From assembly GCA_013265495.1 (NCBI GenBank), contig MU057648.1:1-64000 (forward strand): a stretch of DNA of 64,000 bases. Direction: 5' to 3'. The DNA is from Vicugna vicugna. Taxonomy: Eukaryota. Shown piece by piece: positions 1 through 13,536 of this stretch; position 1 is the stretch's first letter; the number at the start of each line of letters is the position of its first letter. The position numbers were made by a program, and so were the translations under genes. Below the pieces are notes generated by a model. The model saw nothing but the letters and a program-made list of their open reading frames with translations, was not told the origin of the DNA and did not search any database.

Positions 1-2039
1 CACACACACACACAGTTCTCCTTCCTACCTAGTTCTTTTATGCTGTAAGTCACATCAAACAATGATCAGATTCTGCTCAAGTGAAATACTTAAAAATCTA
101 CAGCCTAGCTTCAGAGGTCCCCAGAACAGGTACCCAGAAGGGTGCCAGTTTGTCCTTCAAGAAGGAAATACTTTAGCTGAAAAGTCTTAGATGACCCAGC
201 AGTGAGAAGGCCAGACATACGATGACCTCCAGTAATTCCATCCACTCTGCTGGCTGCCCTGAGCCCTGTACAAGTTTCCCTCTGTCCACGTGTGGGTGAG
301 GCTGAATCCCAGCTCTGAATCTGCCCCCATCTGCATTCACCACTGAGGACACCTCCCAGCAGATGGCTCCTAACAGTCTAGATGTAACCTTCTGAAACTG
401 AGGGCACGAACTCTGCGACCTTCCTGAGGTCCACTCACCCTAAATATCCCATACTGGCAACCCTCCCCAACAAGTTCTATCTGACTTCACATCAAGACCA
501 GTTGATCCGGTCACTTCAAAGTGGTTGGTCTCATGTCGACAGTGACCACTCCCTTGTCATGTCCCACCTGGATGGCGGCTGTTGCAAATCTCCCTAGAGG
601 CCAGCCTTCCTGCTTCCACTTGCTACCAGAACACTATTCATCAGACTCTGGTTCCAGCATGTTCCTTCCTTTATTCAATAATACAGAACACACTCCCACT
701 CAACTAAAATCCACATATATGTACGCATGTGTGTCAAGGGGTGGGTGGATCTATTGCTCATCCCAGAGAAATGGGTGCCTGGAAACCAGTGTGACTCTAT
801 GGGCACCCTGCCACTCATCCGGAGCCCGTCATGGCTCAGCCTCCACACCCACACCACCTTCTAGCCTTCCCAAGCCCCCCACCGCTGACCCTGCTCCCTG
901 ACCCCTCACAGAGGGCATTTCTCATGCATCACACACCACACAGCCTCTTCCCCTTTGCACCTCTGCCCTTGACTGGACCTTAACTGGACCATGCAGAGGT
1001 GAGATCAGGCTTTGGAGTCCCACAGGGGCAAGATTCTTCTGTGACGTGAAGGACCAGTGGTTCCCCCTCTGGGCCTCAGGCTCATCACTGATGAGTGGCT
1101 CGGGCCCACAGGAGAGAAGCACTGACCTTCTCTGTGTTGTCTGGGGGATCAAGTCCTCCAAGGGTACCATCTAGCATCCACATTCCTTGTGGGGATGTCT
1201 TAAGAACGAAGCCCTTTAGAGGGGCAGTGTTCTAAGAATAGCTACGCACAAATGCTGAATGCCATTGTCATTAATAAATGATTCTGCACCGAAGCCAAAG
1301 AATTAATTTGAGAGCAGTTTATGATAATGTGCTGCTAGTCAATTAAAATAAACTTCCGAGAGGGGAAAAACGTTCAATTTATCGTTGATTGTTTTAGAGC
1401 AGAAAAATGGAATGGGGGAGAGTGCACCATTCAAGTCAGTTTGAAAAAAGGCAAAAAGGAGACAGATTCCATGCGGGACGGTGCCTCAGCCTGACTCTGC
1501 CCACACGTGGCCTCCGCCACAAGGGGCCTCCAAAGAGGTGGGGGCTGCCGCTCTGGGAGCTGAGCCTCGGGACTTTACCCTCGAGTGAGCCAGGGCCTGC
1601 ACTGCACCCTGCACACGCCTTGGGAAGGAGTGACCTGCCTGAGGACCAGGCCGCCTGGAGGACCCCACAGAGAATCGTGGTCAGGACCTACCAAGTGGCT
1701 CTGGGGACATGGCCTCTTCTCAGCCCCTTCTGCTGTCAGGAGTGGCTGGCTCAGCTGGCCCCACTCAATTGCTTATGTCCATTATTGACCTAAAGGCCTT
1801 CTGCTTGGCCTTGAAGTCTAAATACTACTTTCACCAACAAGTCCCTCAAGCCAACCAAAGAAAAAATGTGATTCCCAATAAATTAATAGTCATTTGTCTA
1901 ATCTCCAATTATGCCTTTAAAAAAAAGTGACAACAAAAAGAATTGAAAATACAAATCTACTGTGGAATGTTCCTCCTCCTTCATTGGTTATTAAAGGAGT
2001 ACAAATTAAAGCCGCCTTGAGGTAGGTACCCTTTTAAAT

Positions 2040-2400
2040 ATACTAAAATGGTCAAACACCTAGTGCCAGTGAGAGTACAGTGAGGCTCTCAGACCTCCAC
2101 AGGCCCCTTCCATACAGAGACAGGCTAGCCCATCAAGGCGCCATGATGGTACCTGGCCCTTAACTCAGTAATCCAACTCCTGGGGATTTTCCCTCAGGAG
2201 ACAATCCAAGAGAAGCAAAGAGCTTTCGGTCCAAAGACATTCATTGCATCCTTATCTGTAATAGTGCAAATGGGAACCTCAAATGCTCCACAGTTGGAGG
2301 ATGGGTCAAACCATTAGAGGACCTCAACTCAGTGGAATATTATGCAGCCATTAAAGTGATCTTTATAAAGACGGGGAATCTGTTAGCGATACTGTGGGGT
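2040..2400 (+). mobile_element. Old L1 (L1ME-like) fragment
   Basis: taactcagtaatccaactcctggggattt...gtggaatattatgcagccattaaa; degenerate ORF2 end/3'UTR. Confidence 0.55.
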
Positions 2401-2901
2401 AACAAGGGCAGAGCATGCAGGGTGCTGTCTAATGTGATAGAAAAGCTGTGAAACACAAGTGTATGTGCGGGGTGGGGGCAATCTGGTGAGTGTGTGGGAT
2501 TACTGGGAGACCTCCTCTGTTCCCACTGCTCTTCATCTTACTGTGCAATCTTTCCCACAACAATGAAAACTGAACAAGCTACATCCAATCAGTTGAATTA
2601 TTTGAAACCCTCCCCTAAGGGGACAAAGGAGACGCAGAGTAGTCGGCTGGGACTAGGTGTCCTGCTCAGGAAGTGTGAGTTACGAGGCCACAGGATGGCG
2701 GGGATAGAGGCCGGCGGGTGGCCCGTGAGCAGGAAGCAAGGGCACTGAAGCCTAAACAGTCTTAACATCAGTCAGGCTGCCTGGGGAGGCATGGGTTTGG
2801 GGTCAAATATGCAACCCATTCACTGTGTGGCTTGAAACAAGTGCAAGAGCCTCTCTGAATCTCACTTCCCCGATGCTCATCAAGACACGGGGCTGTTGTC
2901 C

Positions 2902-3275
2902 TGTTACATGCTAAACTGTGACCCCAAATTCATATGTTGAAGTTGAAACCTGTAGGACCTCATTATGTGAATGTGTTTTGGAGACAGGGCCTTTAAAGAG
3001 AGGGTGAAGGTACCATGGGTCAGACACTGGGCCCTAATCCAATAGGCCTGGTATCCTTATAAGAGGAGGAAATTAGGACACACATCAAGGCATCGATGAC
3101 CATGCAGGAGATAGGGAGGCAGCAGCCACCAACAAGCCAAGGAGAGAGGCTGCAAGATGAAACCAACTCTGCTGACACCTTGACCTTGGACTTCTGGCCT
3201 CCAGCACGGTGGGAAAATACATTTCTGTTGTCCAAGCCTGTGGTATTTGGTTTGTCAGCCTGAGCGGACTAATCC
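2902..3275 (+). mobile_element. MaLR solo LTR (MLT1B-like)
   Basis: tgttac...aaattcatatgttgaag...gggccctaatccaatagg...ccttataagagg...ttggacttctggcctccag...ctaat; boundaries approximate. Confidence 0.8.
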
Positions 3276-3639
3276 ACTTCCCTTTGCAGAGTCACGAGGG
3301 TGACGTCACCAGCACAGGGCGGCCAGGCAAAAAACACCTGGGAAAGTCGGGCTGGGTCCTGGCGCCCGAAAACCACTGACCCAGAAGAGGCCTGTGCTGG
3401 AAGATGGCTCTCGGTGACCATCAACAAATCAGAGACAGCTTCTCTCCTGATCCTCGTGGCAGCTGGGGGAGGTTGGGCAGGACAGACAGTGCTCTGACAC
3501 AGCTGGCAAATGGAAGTTCAGTGAAGTTAAGGGCTTTTGTTCAAAGTCAAAGAGCAAGCACGGACTGAAGAAGGGTCAAGATGCAGCATTTTAAACTTCC
3601 AAGCTTCATTTTTCCCCTCTACTGAAAAGCAAGCTTCTG

Positions 3640-4380
3640 ATGGACAGATCTTACAACATAAACATTTAAAAATTCCACGGCAACGTGACCACCATAAACA
3701 GAGAAGCAACAAAGAGCAAATGCTTGCAAGACATATAACCAACAAAGGAGAAATAACCAGAACTTCAAATGAGCTCCTACATATCAGCCTAAAAAAAAAC
3801 ACGTATCTAAACAATAGGAATATAATGAGTCGCAAAATGGACATGATTGGTCAACAAACAGAAAAAAGGATGCTCAGTCTCATGGGTAATAAGAGAAATG
3901 AAAAACAGAGCAAGAAAATGCCTCTTCATTCTCTCACCAGAGTCACAAAGAGTAACAGGAATGATGGGGCAGCCTCTGTCGACAACCCACGAGTTCCGGA
4001 GATACAGATCTACGCATTCTTTGTGGGCGACTATGTGGATGTGTCTGTTGATATGCATCACGGGCATGCCCTGGTAACCCAGCAATTCCGCTCCTAGGAA
4101 CCTATGCTTTGGAAACACTGACACACGTGCAGGAAGAGGCATACACAAGCAGGTTCACTACAGCGCTCCCCGCAATAGGAATAAAAGGTAAAGGAACGAA
4201 CTGTCCATCAAGAGGAAAATGACTGAATAAATTGTGACCCACTACGGAATTCCAGGCTGGCATTTAAAAAATGAGATAGGCCCATTTGTATCATCATGTA
4301 AAGATCTCCAAAATATCCTGGTAGGGGAAAAAGCAAGCCGTTTATCAATACGCACAGGATGATCTCAGAGACGTGTAAAT
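3640..4380 (+). mobile_element. Old L1 (L1ME-like) ORF2 3' fragment
   Basis: aaaggatgctcagtctcatgggtaataagagaaatg...acccagcaattccgctcctagg...aactgtccatca. Confidence 0.65.
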
Positions 4381-4554
4381 GCGGATGCGCGGGTGCATGT
4401 GGACCGACGTGGCTTTACAAATGCAGGGGAAAGTCTGGAAAAGTGCCACTGTTAACAAATGGGTGTGTGTCTCTCTTTGGCGGGGTGTGAGACGGAGGTA
4501 ATGAACGATGACTAAATTTTATGTTATGTACTCTAGAATCATTTAGAGATTTTA

Positions 4555-4604
4555 TCATCTTTTTTTATTTTTGAAGTATAGTCAGTTTACAATGCTGTGT
4601 CAGT
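4555..4604 (-). mobile_element. ~50-bp extreme 3' end of a young L1 with TSD
   Basis: ttttttatttttgaagtatagtcagtttacaatg flanked by ttta(g/a)agatttta at 4542-4554 and 4605-4617. Confidence 0.6.
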
Positions 4605-6300
4605 TTTAAAGATTTTACAAGCGTATGTCTCCTAACCTAAAGTCATCTCTCAACAAATTACCATTGGAAAGAGTGTGCCAGAATCAACTCCTGCTCGGGG
4701 TGAAATGTAGGGGACCCTATGGAAGACTGTCTCGTGGTGGAAGGTCAGGCACAAAGGAGGTGGATGAGGAGTGAGTTTGAGGGCAGGAGGGCCCAGAAGT
4801 CACATCAGAGAAGCCACCACATCAGTGCACACAGACCAACCTGGCAGGCAGCAATCAGAGAGGGGCCGGATCATTTGCCGCACCCGTGGCACAATCCCCA
4901 GGAGGCGGAGGAGCAGAGCCGCCCATGGTGATGGGCCCTGCAAAGAACGGACACAGCTGCAGCAGATGCGGGGCAGGGGGCACAGGCGCCTGTCATCCGG
5001 CCGGGCAGCGGACCTCGACCCACCCGTGGCTGCCACGCTGCCACAGACCCCGGTGACCTTGAGAGTGACAGCTGTGGCTCAGGGATGAGGCCCAGCAGAG
5101 GCCACCACGTGGGTGGCCGGGCATCCACCTGTGTTCACCTCACCGGGTCTGCTCTGGGAGAGGTGTCAGGAGTGGTAGCAGAAAAGGACAGAGGATGCTG
5201 CAGGCGAGTGTGGACGGAGATGCAGGGAAGGCGAGACGTGACAGAGGCTGCTCAGAAGGGTCACCCCTGAGCGTGGCAGCCCTGTCTGATGCCCTCCGAG
5301 GGCCCTTCCTGGGCCCCACTCACACCAACCATCCCTCTTTGAAACTCCCTGTCTCCTGGTTCTGTTACCACATGCCCACTGTCCTCCAACCTCCTCCGTC
5401 CTGGCTCCCAGGGAGGGGTCAGTCCCACTCATGCTGGGGCCCAAGTGACAGTGTCCACACCCAGGGCTCCATGTTCTACCTCCTGGTTCATGTCTCCCCA
5501 TCTGTACCATCAAAATAGTCCTCCCCTCCAAGCTCCAGACCTCGATGTCCCCTAACTCAACTTATCCCCAACTGAGCCAGCAGCTCTCCTCTGCTCCTTC
5601 CTGACAACCTTTCCCTTTCCAGACAATTCTTTCTGCCCTCCAGCACCAGGCTGGAGGGTCAGCTCCTGCGGGTCCTCCTCTCCATGAGCCCCTACACTCG
5701 GAATCTCCAAGTCCTGATGATGTTAAATTCAACCGAGTCTGCACACCCACACCTTCTTCTCCACCCAGGGCAGAGGTGAGCCACCCCCGGCTCACTTCCA
5801 AGGTCTCAGCTTCCTCTACCCATTCTGCCCCATCTTCCATGCCGCCAGGAAACAGTCACTAAAGGTATCATACGCTCACCTCCTTTCCCTGGTTCCCTGA
5901 AACCCACAGCAGTAATTTTAAGTTCAAACTCCTTGGCAAAACACAGTCCACTAGGAGTGAAGCCTTGTGGGCCTCAGCAACCCCCTACTCCCACTCCTGG
6001 GCTCCACCCGCTTTTCTTCCCTCCTATCTGTACTGCCTTGGCTCACCTGGCCTGGGATGCCCTGCCCTACTCCCCCTCGGCTGGCTCCTGTCATCTCTGG
6101 ACACTGGGCTGTGGGCCTCCTAAGGGAGCCTGATTGACTGTTGTCTCCCCCGGGAGGGCTGGAAGGCTACTCAGAGGAGGGCCCTCCCTCAGGGTCCTCA
6201 CCACATCTGTGCACACCTCTTGTGCACTCAACACATGAACTCACAAGCATCTTATCTACAAATGATCAGCGCCTTTAGGAACAGGAAGGGGTGGTACTCT

Positions 6301-6745
6301 GCATTAGTTTTCTACTGGGTGGCTTCAAACAACAGAAATATATTCTCTCGCAATCTGGAGGCTAGAAGTCCACAACCTAGGTGTTGGAGGGTCCTGCCCC
6401 TCTGAAGGCTGAGGGGAGGTTCCTTCCTTATCTCTTCTAGCTTCTGGGAGCCCCAGGCTTTCTGTGGCTTGTGGAACATCTGCACGTAGCCTTTTCCCGT
6501 GCGTCTGGGTCTCCACATGACCTTCTCCTCTGTGTGTGTGTGTGTGTGTGTCTGTGTGTGTGTGTGTGTGTCTGTGTCCAAATCTGTCTCTTTTTACAGG
6601 ACACCAGTCATACTGGATGAGGTACCACTCTCTTGACTTCATCTTGATCACATCTGCAAAGACTATGTCCAAAAGAGTCACATTCACAGGTCCTGGGGGT
6701 TAGGATTTCAACATATCTTGGGGGGAACACAATACACCCCACAAC
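6301..6745 (-). mobile_element. MaLR solo LTR (MLT1C-like) with internal (TG)n
   Basis: gggtggcttcaaacaacagaaa...tctggaggctagaagtcc...catctgcaaagactatgtccaaa...gttaggatttcaacatatctt...cccacaaca. Confidence 0.8.
6531..6577. repeat. (TG)n microsatellite
   Basis: Direct observation. Confidence 0.9.
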
Positions 6746-9700
6746 ACTCACTTTGGCATTCCTGGTGCTCAGCACTGAACTAGACCCACAGCAAGGCTCT
6801 GCTGGCCCTGTGAATGGATGTCTGAGCCAGTGTGCTCTGGGTCCGGGCAGTGGAGGAACAGTCGGAGCAGAAAGGCAGCTGGGAGGAGGCCTGGAGGAGG
6901 TGGGAGAGGGGAGGGATGGGTCCAGGTGTCGGGGGAGCACTGCGTGGGAGAGGCCTTGGCTCTGGGCTTTGCAGTGCAGGGAGCTGGGCCAACCTGAGAC
7001 ATCTGCCCCCATGCTGGAGGCAGGGAGGGGCCAGGAAGACCTGTCAGGAGAGCAGTGACAGGAGCAGAACCAGTGTTCCTGGAAGACTAACCTGCCTGGA
7101 GCACACTGAGGCAAGTCTAAATGGGGCCCGCCCAGGGCAGGGAGGCAGCTAGGTCCAAGGACAGTGCAAAAAGTTAGCAGCTAACAAGGAACTGAATCAG
7201 GGCAGTGGCAGCGTGGCCAGAGGGCAGGGACAGAATTCACAGGAAGTGGGGCAGAAGACAGACAGAGCATGGCCTGAGGCAGTAAGGAGAGGAAGGAGTC
7301 CAGGCTCCTGGGGGCTGAGGTTCAGAATGCAAGACTTAAGAGGCAGGGGGCCAGCGACTGGAAACGGTGGCCCAGGAAGAGCAGTAGGACCACAGGAGCT
7401 GCGATCTGTTTAGGCTCATGAAATGTTGTTCAATTAAAAAAGCAAGCTCACAGGTACACTCATTAAGTAACCACTGAGACGGGGCATATGTGCAAAGCAT
7501 CTATAAGACAGCCATGTGCTTCGTAAAAATTCAAGTTGACGGGCAACAAGCATGGCTTTTTTTTTTTTTTAAATCAATGCCTGGTGCCCAGGCTGTTAGC
7601 AGCAGGTGTTTTGGAGAAAGGCCTCAGGCCAATGGAACTAGAAATTTAACTGAATAACCTTTAAATTACCTCATCACCCCAGGAAATGGGAATCAATACA
7701 GTCTGCAGACGCATCCGTGGGCCAGCAGAGACCAGATGGAGCTGCTAACCCAGGGGGGCAGCCGGGACCCAAGGGAGCTCGGGGTCATCTCTGGGATTGC
7801 AGGGGTCCCTGGTCTCAGGAAGCACTTTCTGACAGAGCCACCAGCAAACCCCAGGCTCCCCAAAGAGGCAGTGCTGGAGTGGTCCATTAGAGGGGGCTCT
7901 TCCCCTGGGGGATGGAAGAAAGACCCCCCTCCCAAGGATGAGTCATTCCCTCTCTGGGCCTCAGTCTCCTGCTGTCAGGAGAGGTCGCTGATTTCCTTCA
8001 CCTTCCAGCTCTGCTCCCAGCTGCCACTGCTGTCCCTTGGCCAGATCACAAGCCCCACCCCTGGGTGAAGAGGAGCCCATCTGGCAGGCCTGGAAAGGAA
8101 GGTCTCATGACACTGACCCCTCCTCGTTGTGATTGTGTCCAGCAGACCCTAACCTCTGCTTCTCCTTCCTCCTGCTGCTGCCCAGCAGTGGGTGCTGTCA
8201 CCACGGTGGACTGTGAGCCTGGAGATCAGGGTGACTCCCCCTTTCTGTGCCACCGGCTCATCTGGGAGGCCCTGTCCTTGTGCTGGAGAAGCATGTGCCG
8301 CAGTCAGACCCTGAGCACCTGTCATCTAACCTCTCCCAGCTCCGGTCTCCTCCTCTGTATCCCAGGGGTGCTGATGGTTCTTATCTCACTGGGCTGTCAG
8401 GAGGATGGAGTCACTATAGGGAAGCCTGGCCTGAAGTAAGACCCCACCTAGTGTCAGCTGCTGTCACTGCAGAGCACGTGGGACAGACGCAGGAGAAGAG
8501 ACACAACATTGGAGGAAAACCCTGTTTTACAGAGAGAGAACCTCAGGGGACAGCAGCAGCCACAGAGCCTTTCCTGGAAGGGCTTTCTCTGAACAGAGAC
8601 CCCTTGTGGCCTCGGGCATTTAGGCTCCCTTCCTCCTGGAGGGAACAGTCCCCTGGTCCCTTTGCCCAGGCTCCACTCTGGCCAACCAATGTCCCTGGAT
8701 GAGGGCAGACCCAAGGACAGCCCCCACCTCGGGAACACCACCTCCAGCAGGACCAGGCTACCCATGGCAAACTACTGAGTCCTTTCATAGCCCTCATGGT
8801 TGGAGTCTAAACTCCAATATGTGGGGATTCTGTCTCAACACACTCAATACACTTGGTGATTCGTCTGCTAACTGGTGGTGGCAGACTACGGCAGGAGATA
8901 CATTAAGGATAACTCAGAGAGGCTACGTCACAGCATACAGTTAGTTAATGAGAGGTAAAATGGGAATCTGGACCCAGGTCTCTCAAATTAAAAGCTGGGC
9001 CTCTTTTCACTCCTTTACCTGACGCAGCTGTTGCCACCATCCCTAACACCATTCTACGAGTAACTAAGATCAACTGCCTTCACCAAAATAAAATTTATTA
9101 CATTGCTAAATATTTATCACTTTACTTTCTGCCTTGGCCTTGAGAAATCCAGTCAGAAAGGTTCTGTTCCTACGTTTCATACCCATTTTACAACTGTGCA
9201 CAGAGAGGCAGTCTTGTATGATACAACCAAGTGCAGGACTTCTGAGCAGAGACTGAGAGCCGGATCTAGGACCGTGTCTTGCTCAGCCAACTCTCAAATG
9301 TTATCTTCCTCCGGTACAGAGAACTTGAGCCCAGCTTAATTATTGAAGAGGTTTTAAGTTGCTCAGACTAGGAATAAAAATAGGTAGCCTGATTGCATTA
9401 CAGGTGTGGAGCATGCTAAAAATATACCCCAAGTTGATCTAGTTATGGAAAACTTTGGGGCTATGAACATACGTTCAAAACAAACCATGCAAAGCTCAAA
9501 TACACTCTTTTCCAAAAAACAGAAGCAATGGCCTGCTGCTTAGCTGGCCTGCCATTATACATTCTGAACTTCAGATTTTTACAAAACAAGTCAACAACAA
9601 TGTCAAAGTACAGTTATGAGTCAGCCATCCTTCCTGACAATTACACTCTAAAGAGGTTTATTCATCTGGCCAAAAATACAAAGTGTTTACACAGTAGGAA

Positions 9701-10570
9701 AAAACTTACCTCCCAAAACAAAAGTGCTTTTGGGTGGGAAAACTGATCAAGAATAATGTAAATTGAGTCTATATCAGCTGTGCAGTTACCATACTTTCCT
9801 CCTTGTGACCTTTCCCCTCTACAGATCATTGGCCAGAAGCGAATGGTACCTGGTACCCAGTGGTCGACTTTACGCAAGCAATGCTAGCACATCCTTGGCA
9901 TGCATTTCCATCAGCACTGCAGCGCTACTGCAGCTCACACTGACCCTAAAATCTGCACATCATCTCACACATCTCTTCCATCTCTCTATCATTTCACTGG
10001 CACCATCAGGCATCCGATGATCCAAGGAAGTGGTCCACCAGAGTCATTGCTGGTGCCACAGCTTAGGCTAGACAAGACAGAACAAAACACAGACCTCAGT
10101 CCTCCAGCACAAGCCTGTGGAGATTTAGAAGCTTCATTTACATCCATCAGGTTAAAACAGGCGCCTCACTCCAGCACAGCTAGACTTCTCCATGGTCCCC
10201 CTTACTTCCAGGCCCTCACCTCCCCAACATACCAAAAGTCCTTTGTCAAGACAGTAAAGCTCCCCTCAACAGCCCGCCCATCAGGTTTTAGGAATCAAGA
10301 GGTCTCTGTCTGACCTTGCCAGGTGATGGAGATGGGAACCGAATGGTGGTGGGATCGAAGGCAGAGGTGACCCATCAAGTTTAAACACATCTCCCACTTC
10401 AGCTGAGGCAGGATGGGGGCAGCTTTAGGGATCGAGGAAGCCCAAGGCTCCTCTGACTGGGTAGTTACCCAGCGTGACCCCAAACTGCTTACTCAGAGGC
10501 ACAGACCGGCTGGAGAAGGGCTTTTCCTGTGACAGGCACCACCGGAGTTTAAATCTCCTTTGCGTGCTGG

Positions 10571-10574
<4 letters not shown>

Positions 10575-10620
<46 letters not shown>

Positions 10621-10789
10621 NNNNNNNNNNNNNNNNNNNNNNNNNNNNNNNNNNNNNNNNNNNNNNNNNNNNNNNNNNNNNNNNNNNNNNNNNNNNNNNN
10701 NNNNNNNNNNNNNNNNNNNNNNNNNNNNNNNNNNNNNNNNNNNNNNNNNNNNNNNNNNNNNNNNNNNNNACACACACACACACACACAC
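10575..10789. repeat. (CA)n microsatellite spanning an assembly gap (N 10621-10769)
   Basis: CA runs on both sides of 149 N. Confidence 0.95.
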
Positions 10790-11399
10790 TAGCAGGGAGT
10801 GCCTGCCCAGTATCCACTCCAGAGCTCCTCTGCCTGAATCCAGCTCACTCACAACAGCCAGGTGCACTATGTGACCCTTGTCCCTGAAACCCTGGTCGTG
10901 GCAGCTCAGGTGCCCAAGGAGACTGGAGGAAGGCAGGGAAAGGGCTTTACCTCTCGCTTGTGGCCCCAATGAAAGCTCAAGCCTGTCTTCTCTGCTAAAA
11001 GATGGCTGGCCTCTGTCTGGGCTGAATTTCAGTGGCTGCCCAGAGCCAGCCCCCTACACAGAGTGGGAAAGGTGTCACCCTCTGACAACAGTCTGGACAA
11101 ACAGCCCTTCCCAGTGCCATGCAGTGAGCTGCACCCAGGGTGGGGAGGAGGGCATGCCTTGTGACTGTCCTTAGACTTCTGGCTGAACCCTTTGTCCCCT
11201 GTCTTGTGAGGGAAGGGGGGCCTGCCCTCTATCCCAGGTAAGTACCTGGGACAGACATCTGAGCCATCAGCCCTGTAGGCTACTCAAGATCAGGACTGGA
11301 AAAAATGTACAATGGGGAAGGAAAAATTTAAAGCCCAAGAGAACTCCATGCCCCAGGACTCGCCTGCCCCATCTCTGCTCCACCTGCCCCAACTCACCC

Positions 11400-12000
11400 C
11401 AGGGAGGGGCTCCCGGGTGTGGAAGTGGGCCTGGCCCCGAGGCTGCGGGGGTTCTTCCAGTTGCTGCCGCCGCCTTCCAGTCGCCGCGCTCTCAGTCCAT
11501 CTCGGTGCAGTGCTAGCGGCCACCGCCGCGCCGAGCAAGGGAGAAGGAGGGCGGTCCCCGGGTTGGGTGTATGCTGCCCAGCGGCCCGGGGCCCGCCTCT
11601 CCGCCGCGGCCGCCCCTTCAGCACCGCGGACAGCGGCCAGCCCGCGCTCTCCGAGCGCAGCCAAGCCGAGAGGAGCTGTGCGCCCCGCTCCGCCCGCCAG
11701 TCGGTCAGCCTGAGCGTGGCAGGGGCGCGGCGCGCCGCGTACTCATTCCTCCAGCCTCTTCCTCACCAGCCTTAGGAGGCCACCTCTGCCCCCCCAGGGC
11801 TCCGCTCCAAGAGCGAAGGGCCGCCCGCGAGGCCCCCCGCCAGTCCCCGGAGGACCGGACGCACCTCCTCCAGCCCCGTCCTGAGCAGAGATTAGCTCTC
11901 AGCCCTGCAGTCTAGACAAAGGCAAGTTCTCCTGATGGGACGCGGCCGGTCAGGCGGCGGAAAGCGCAGCTCAGCCCCTTAAAATACTCGAGCTTTGCCC
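11400..12000. promoter_or_regulatory. Intronic CpG island, probable internal OSBP2 promoter
   Basis: Dense CpG/GC block with no repeat similarity; minus-strand donor GGG|GTGAGT at 11398/11397 at its downstream edge. Confidence 0.7.
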
Positions 12001-13485
12001 GGAACCCAACCTGGCACTAAGGGCGCTATCTCAGTCCAATCGAGGCCAAAGAAGGCTGCCCTTCACTCACGCCCAGAGAGGGAGGAGCCCTTGGCTCAAG
12101 CCCTCATTTCTCCACAGTCATATGCCCTGGGGTTGCAAGGAGTTAACCAATTAAGAGTCTGTTTCAGAACCCAGGGAGGGAGAGCTGTTGGGGTCCCATC
12201 CCCACCTGGAATCCACTTCCTTCCCCCACATTCTTGGTGCCAGAGCGTCAATCAACCAACAGATGGGACTGCTAGAGCCTGGTGACATCACACAGAACTG
12301 CTTCCGTGTTTTTCATTTCTGTTCAAATCCCTCCCACTGCTCCTCACCCCCAGCCAGGGAAGTCCCAGACTTAGATTGGGTGGGGGTGGGAGGGGGTGGT
12401 TCTGATTTAGCCTATGCCACAGACCGGAAACAGGAGCACCATGTGGTCACCCTCACCTCTGCCCTCAGTGAGCCTCAGCTTCTCTGGGACCTGGAGGGGG
12501 TGAGGGGGCTCCCTCTGATTCATAGTCTGAGATAACCGGGCCTGTCTGGGCAAGCAGAAAGGACTCCACAGACTGGACAGTCACTTTGGGCCCTGCCCAC
12601 GTCATGACCTCCCTCAGGCCTTTCTGCAGTCCAATGATTAGGAGACCCTTCCCTTTACTGGGCTAAACTGGCGACTCTTGCCTAATTTGTTCTAGAGCAA
12701 CAACTTCTATGCCTCATTAATTCAAGTCCAAAGATACCTTCATTTTTACCATTTGGCTGAGAACCCAGTCTGAATGGAAAACCAAATGGAATGAGCTCAA
12801 GCCGAGGTTATTAAACACTGTCCAAGCAGGCAGAAGGCACTCTGCTCAAACACTCGTGGATCGTGGTTGTTACACAGAGAGTGCGGAGCTGAGGCGTCCA
12901 TGAAGGGCACGGTGGGAACAGGATCAGGCATCTGCCACTCAGGAAATGCGGCCGGCGGGGCGTGGGGTGGGGGTGGTGGTGCCTTCAGTCTTCACATCAT
13001 GGAAGAAGAATCACAATCCACTCGTGATGTCTTAAATTTTAAGCAAAATCCCTACCTCCTCTACAATCTTTTTAACTTAACACCTTTTTTTTCTGAAAAT
13101 ATTTCCAACACTTTTGTTTTTTGTTTTGTTTTGTCTTGCTTTAAGGTAGCATACCATCAAAATCCAAAGACAAGAAACAAGTCCAGTGCCAGGAGCACCA
13201 GGTTGTGTGGGCTTCCTGCTGCAATGGTCACAAGCATCAGACGACAGGGGTGGGGTGCCCAGCTGCCTTCCAAACACCCAGCATTTGCCAAGTGGACATG
13301 TTGACACAAGGAGAGTCTCAAGTGTTTCTTTGTGTACCTCCTCATTTGGAATGAGTTTCTTGAGCATTTTGTGACAAATGATTCCTTCAATCTAGTTTCT
13401 TTGTTTAATTTATGGCAATATTAAGCTGTAAGTCTGCATCCTAACCTTTAGGGAGGCCAGTGAGGGATTTGGAGAAGTCCATTTC

Positions 13486-13486
<1 letters not shown>

Positions 13487-13534
<48 letters not shown>
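13487..13534. repeat. (CA)n microsatellite
   Basis: Direct observation. Confidence 0.9.

Positions 13535-13536
<2 letters not shown>

Noticed and set aside
356..370. CTCF-like CCAGCAGATGGCT
   Set aside because: Mismatch at a conserved position and no supporting context.
3537..4097. 186-aa ORF
   Set aside because: Lies in a decayed L1 ORF2 fragment; no gene structure.
10425..10969. ORFs spanning the N gap
   Set aside because: Artefacts of the CA repeat and Ns.
11290..11915. Multiple overlapping ORFs in the intronic CpG island
   Set aside because: Expected from high GC content; mostly non-ATG starts and no homology.
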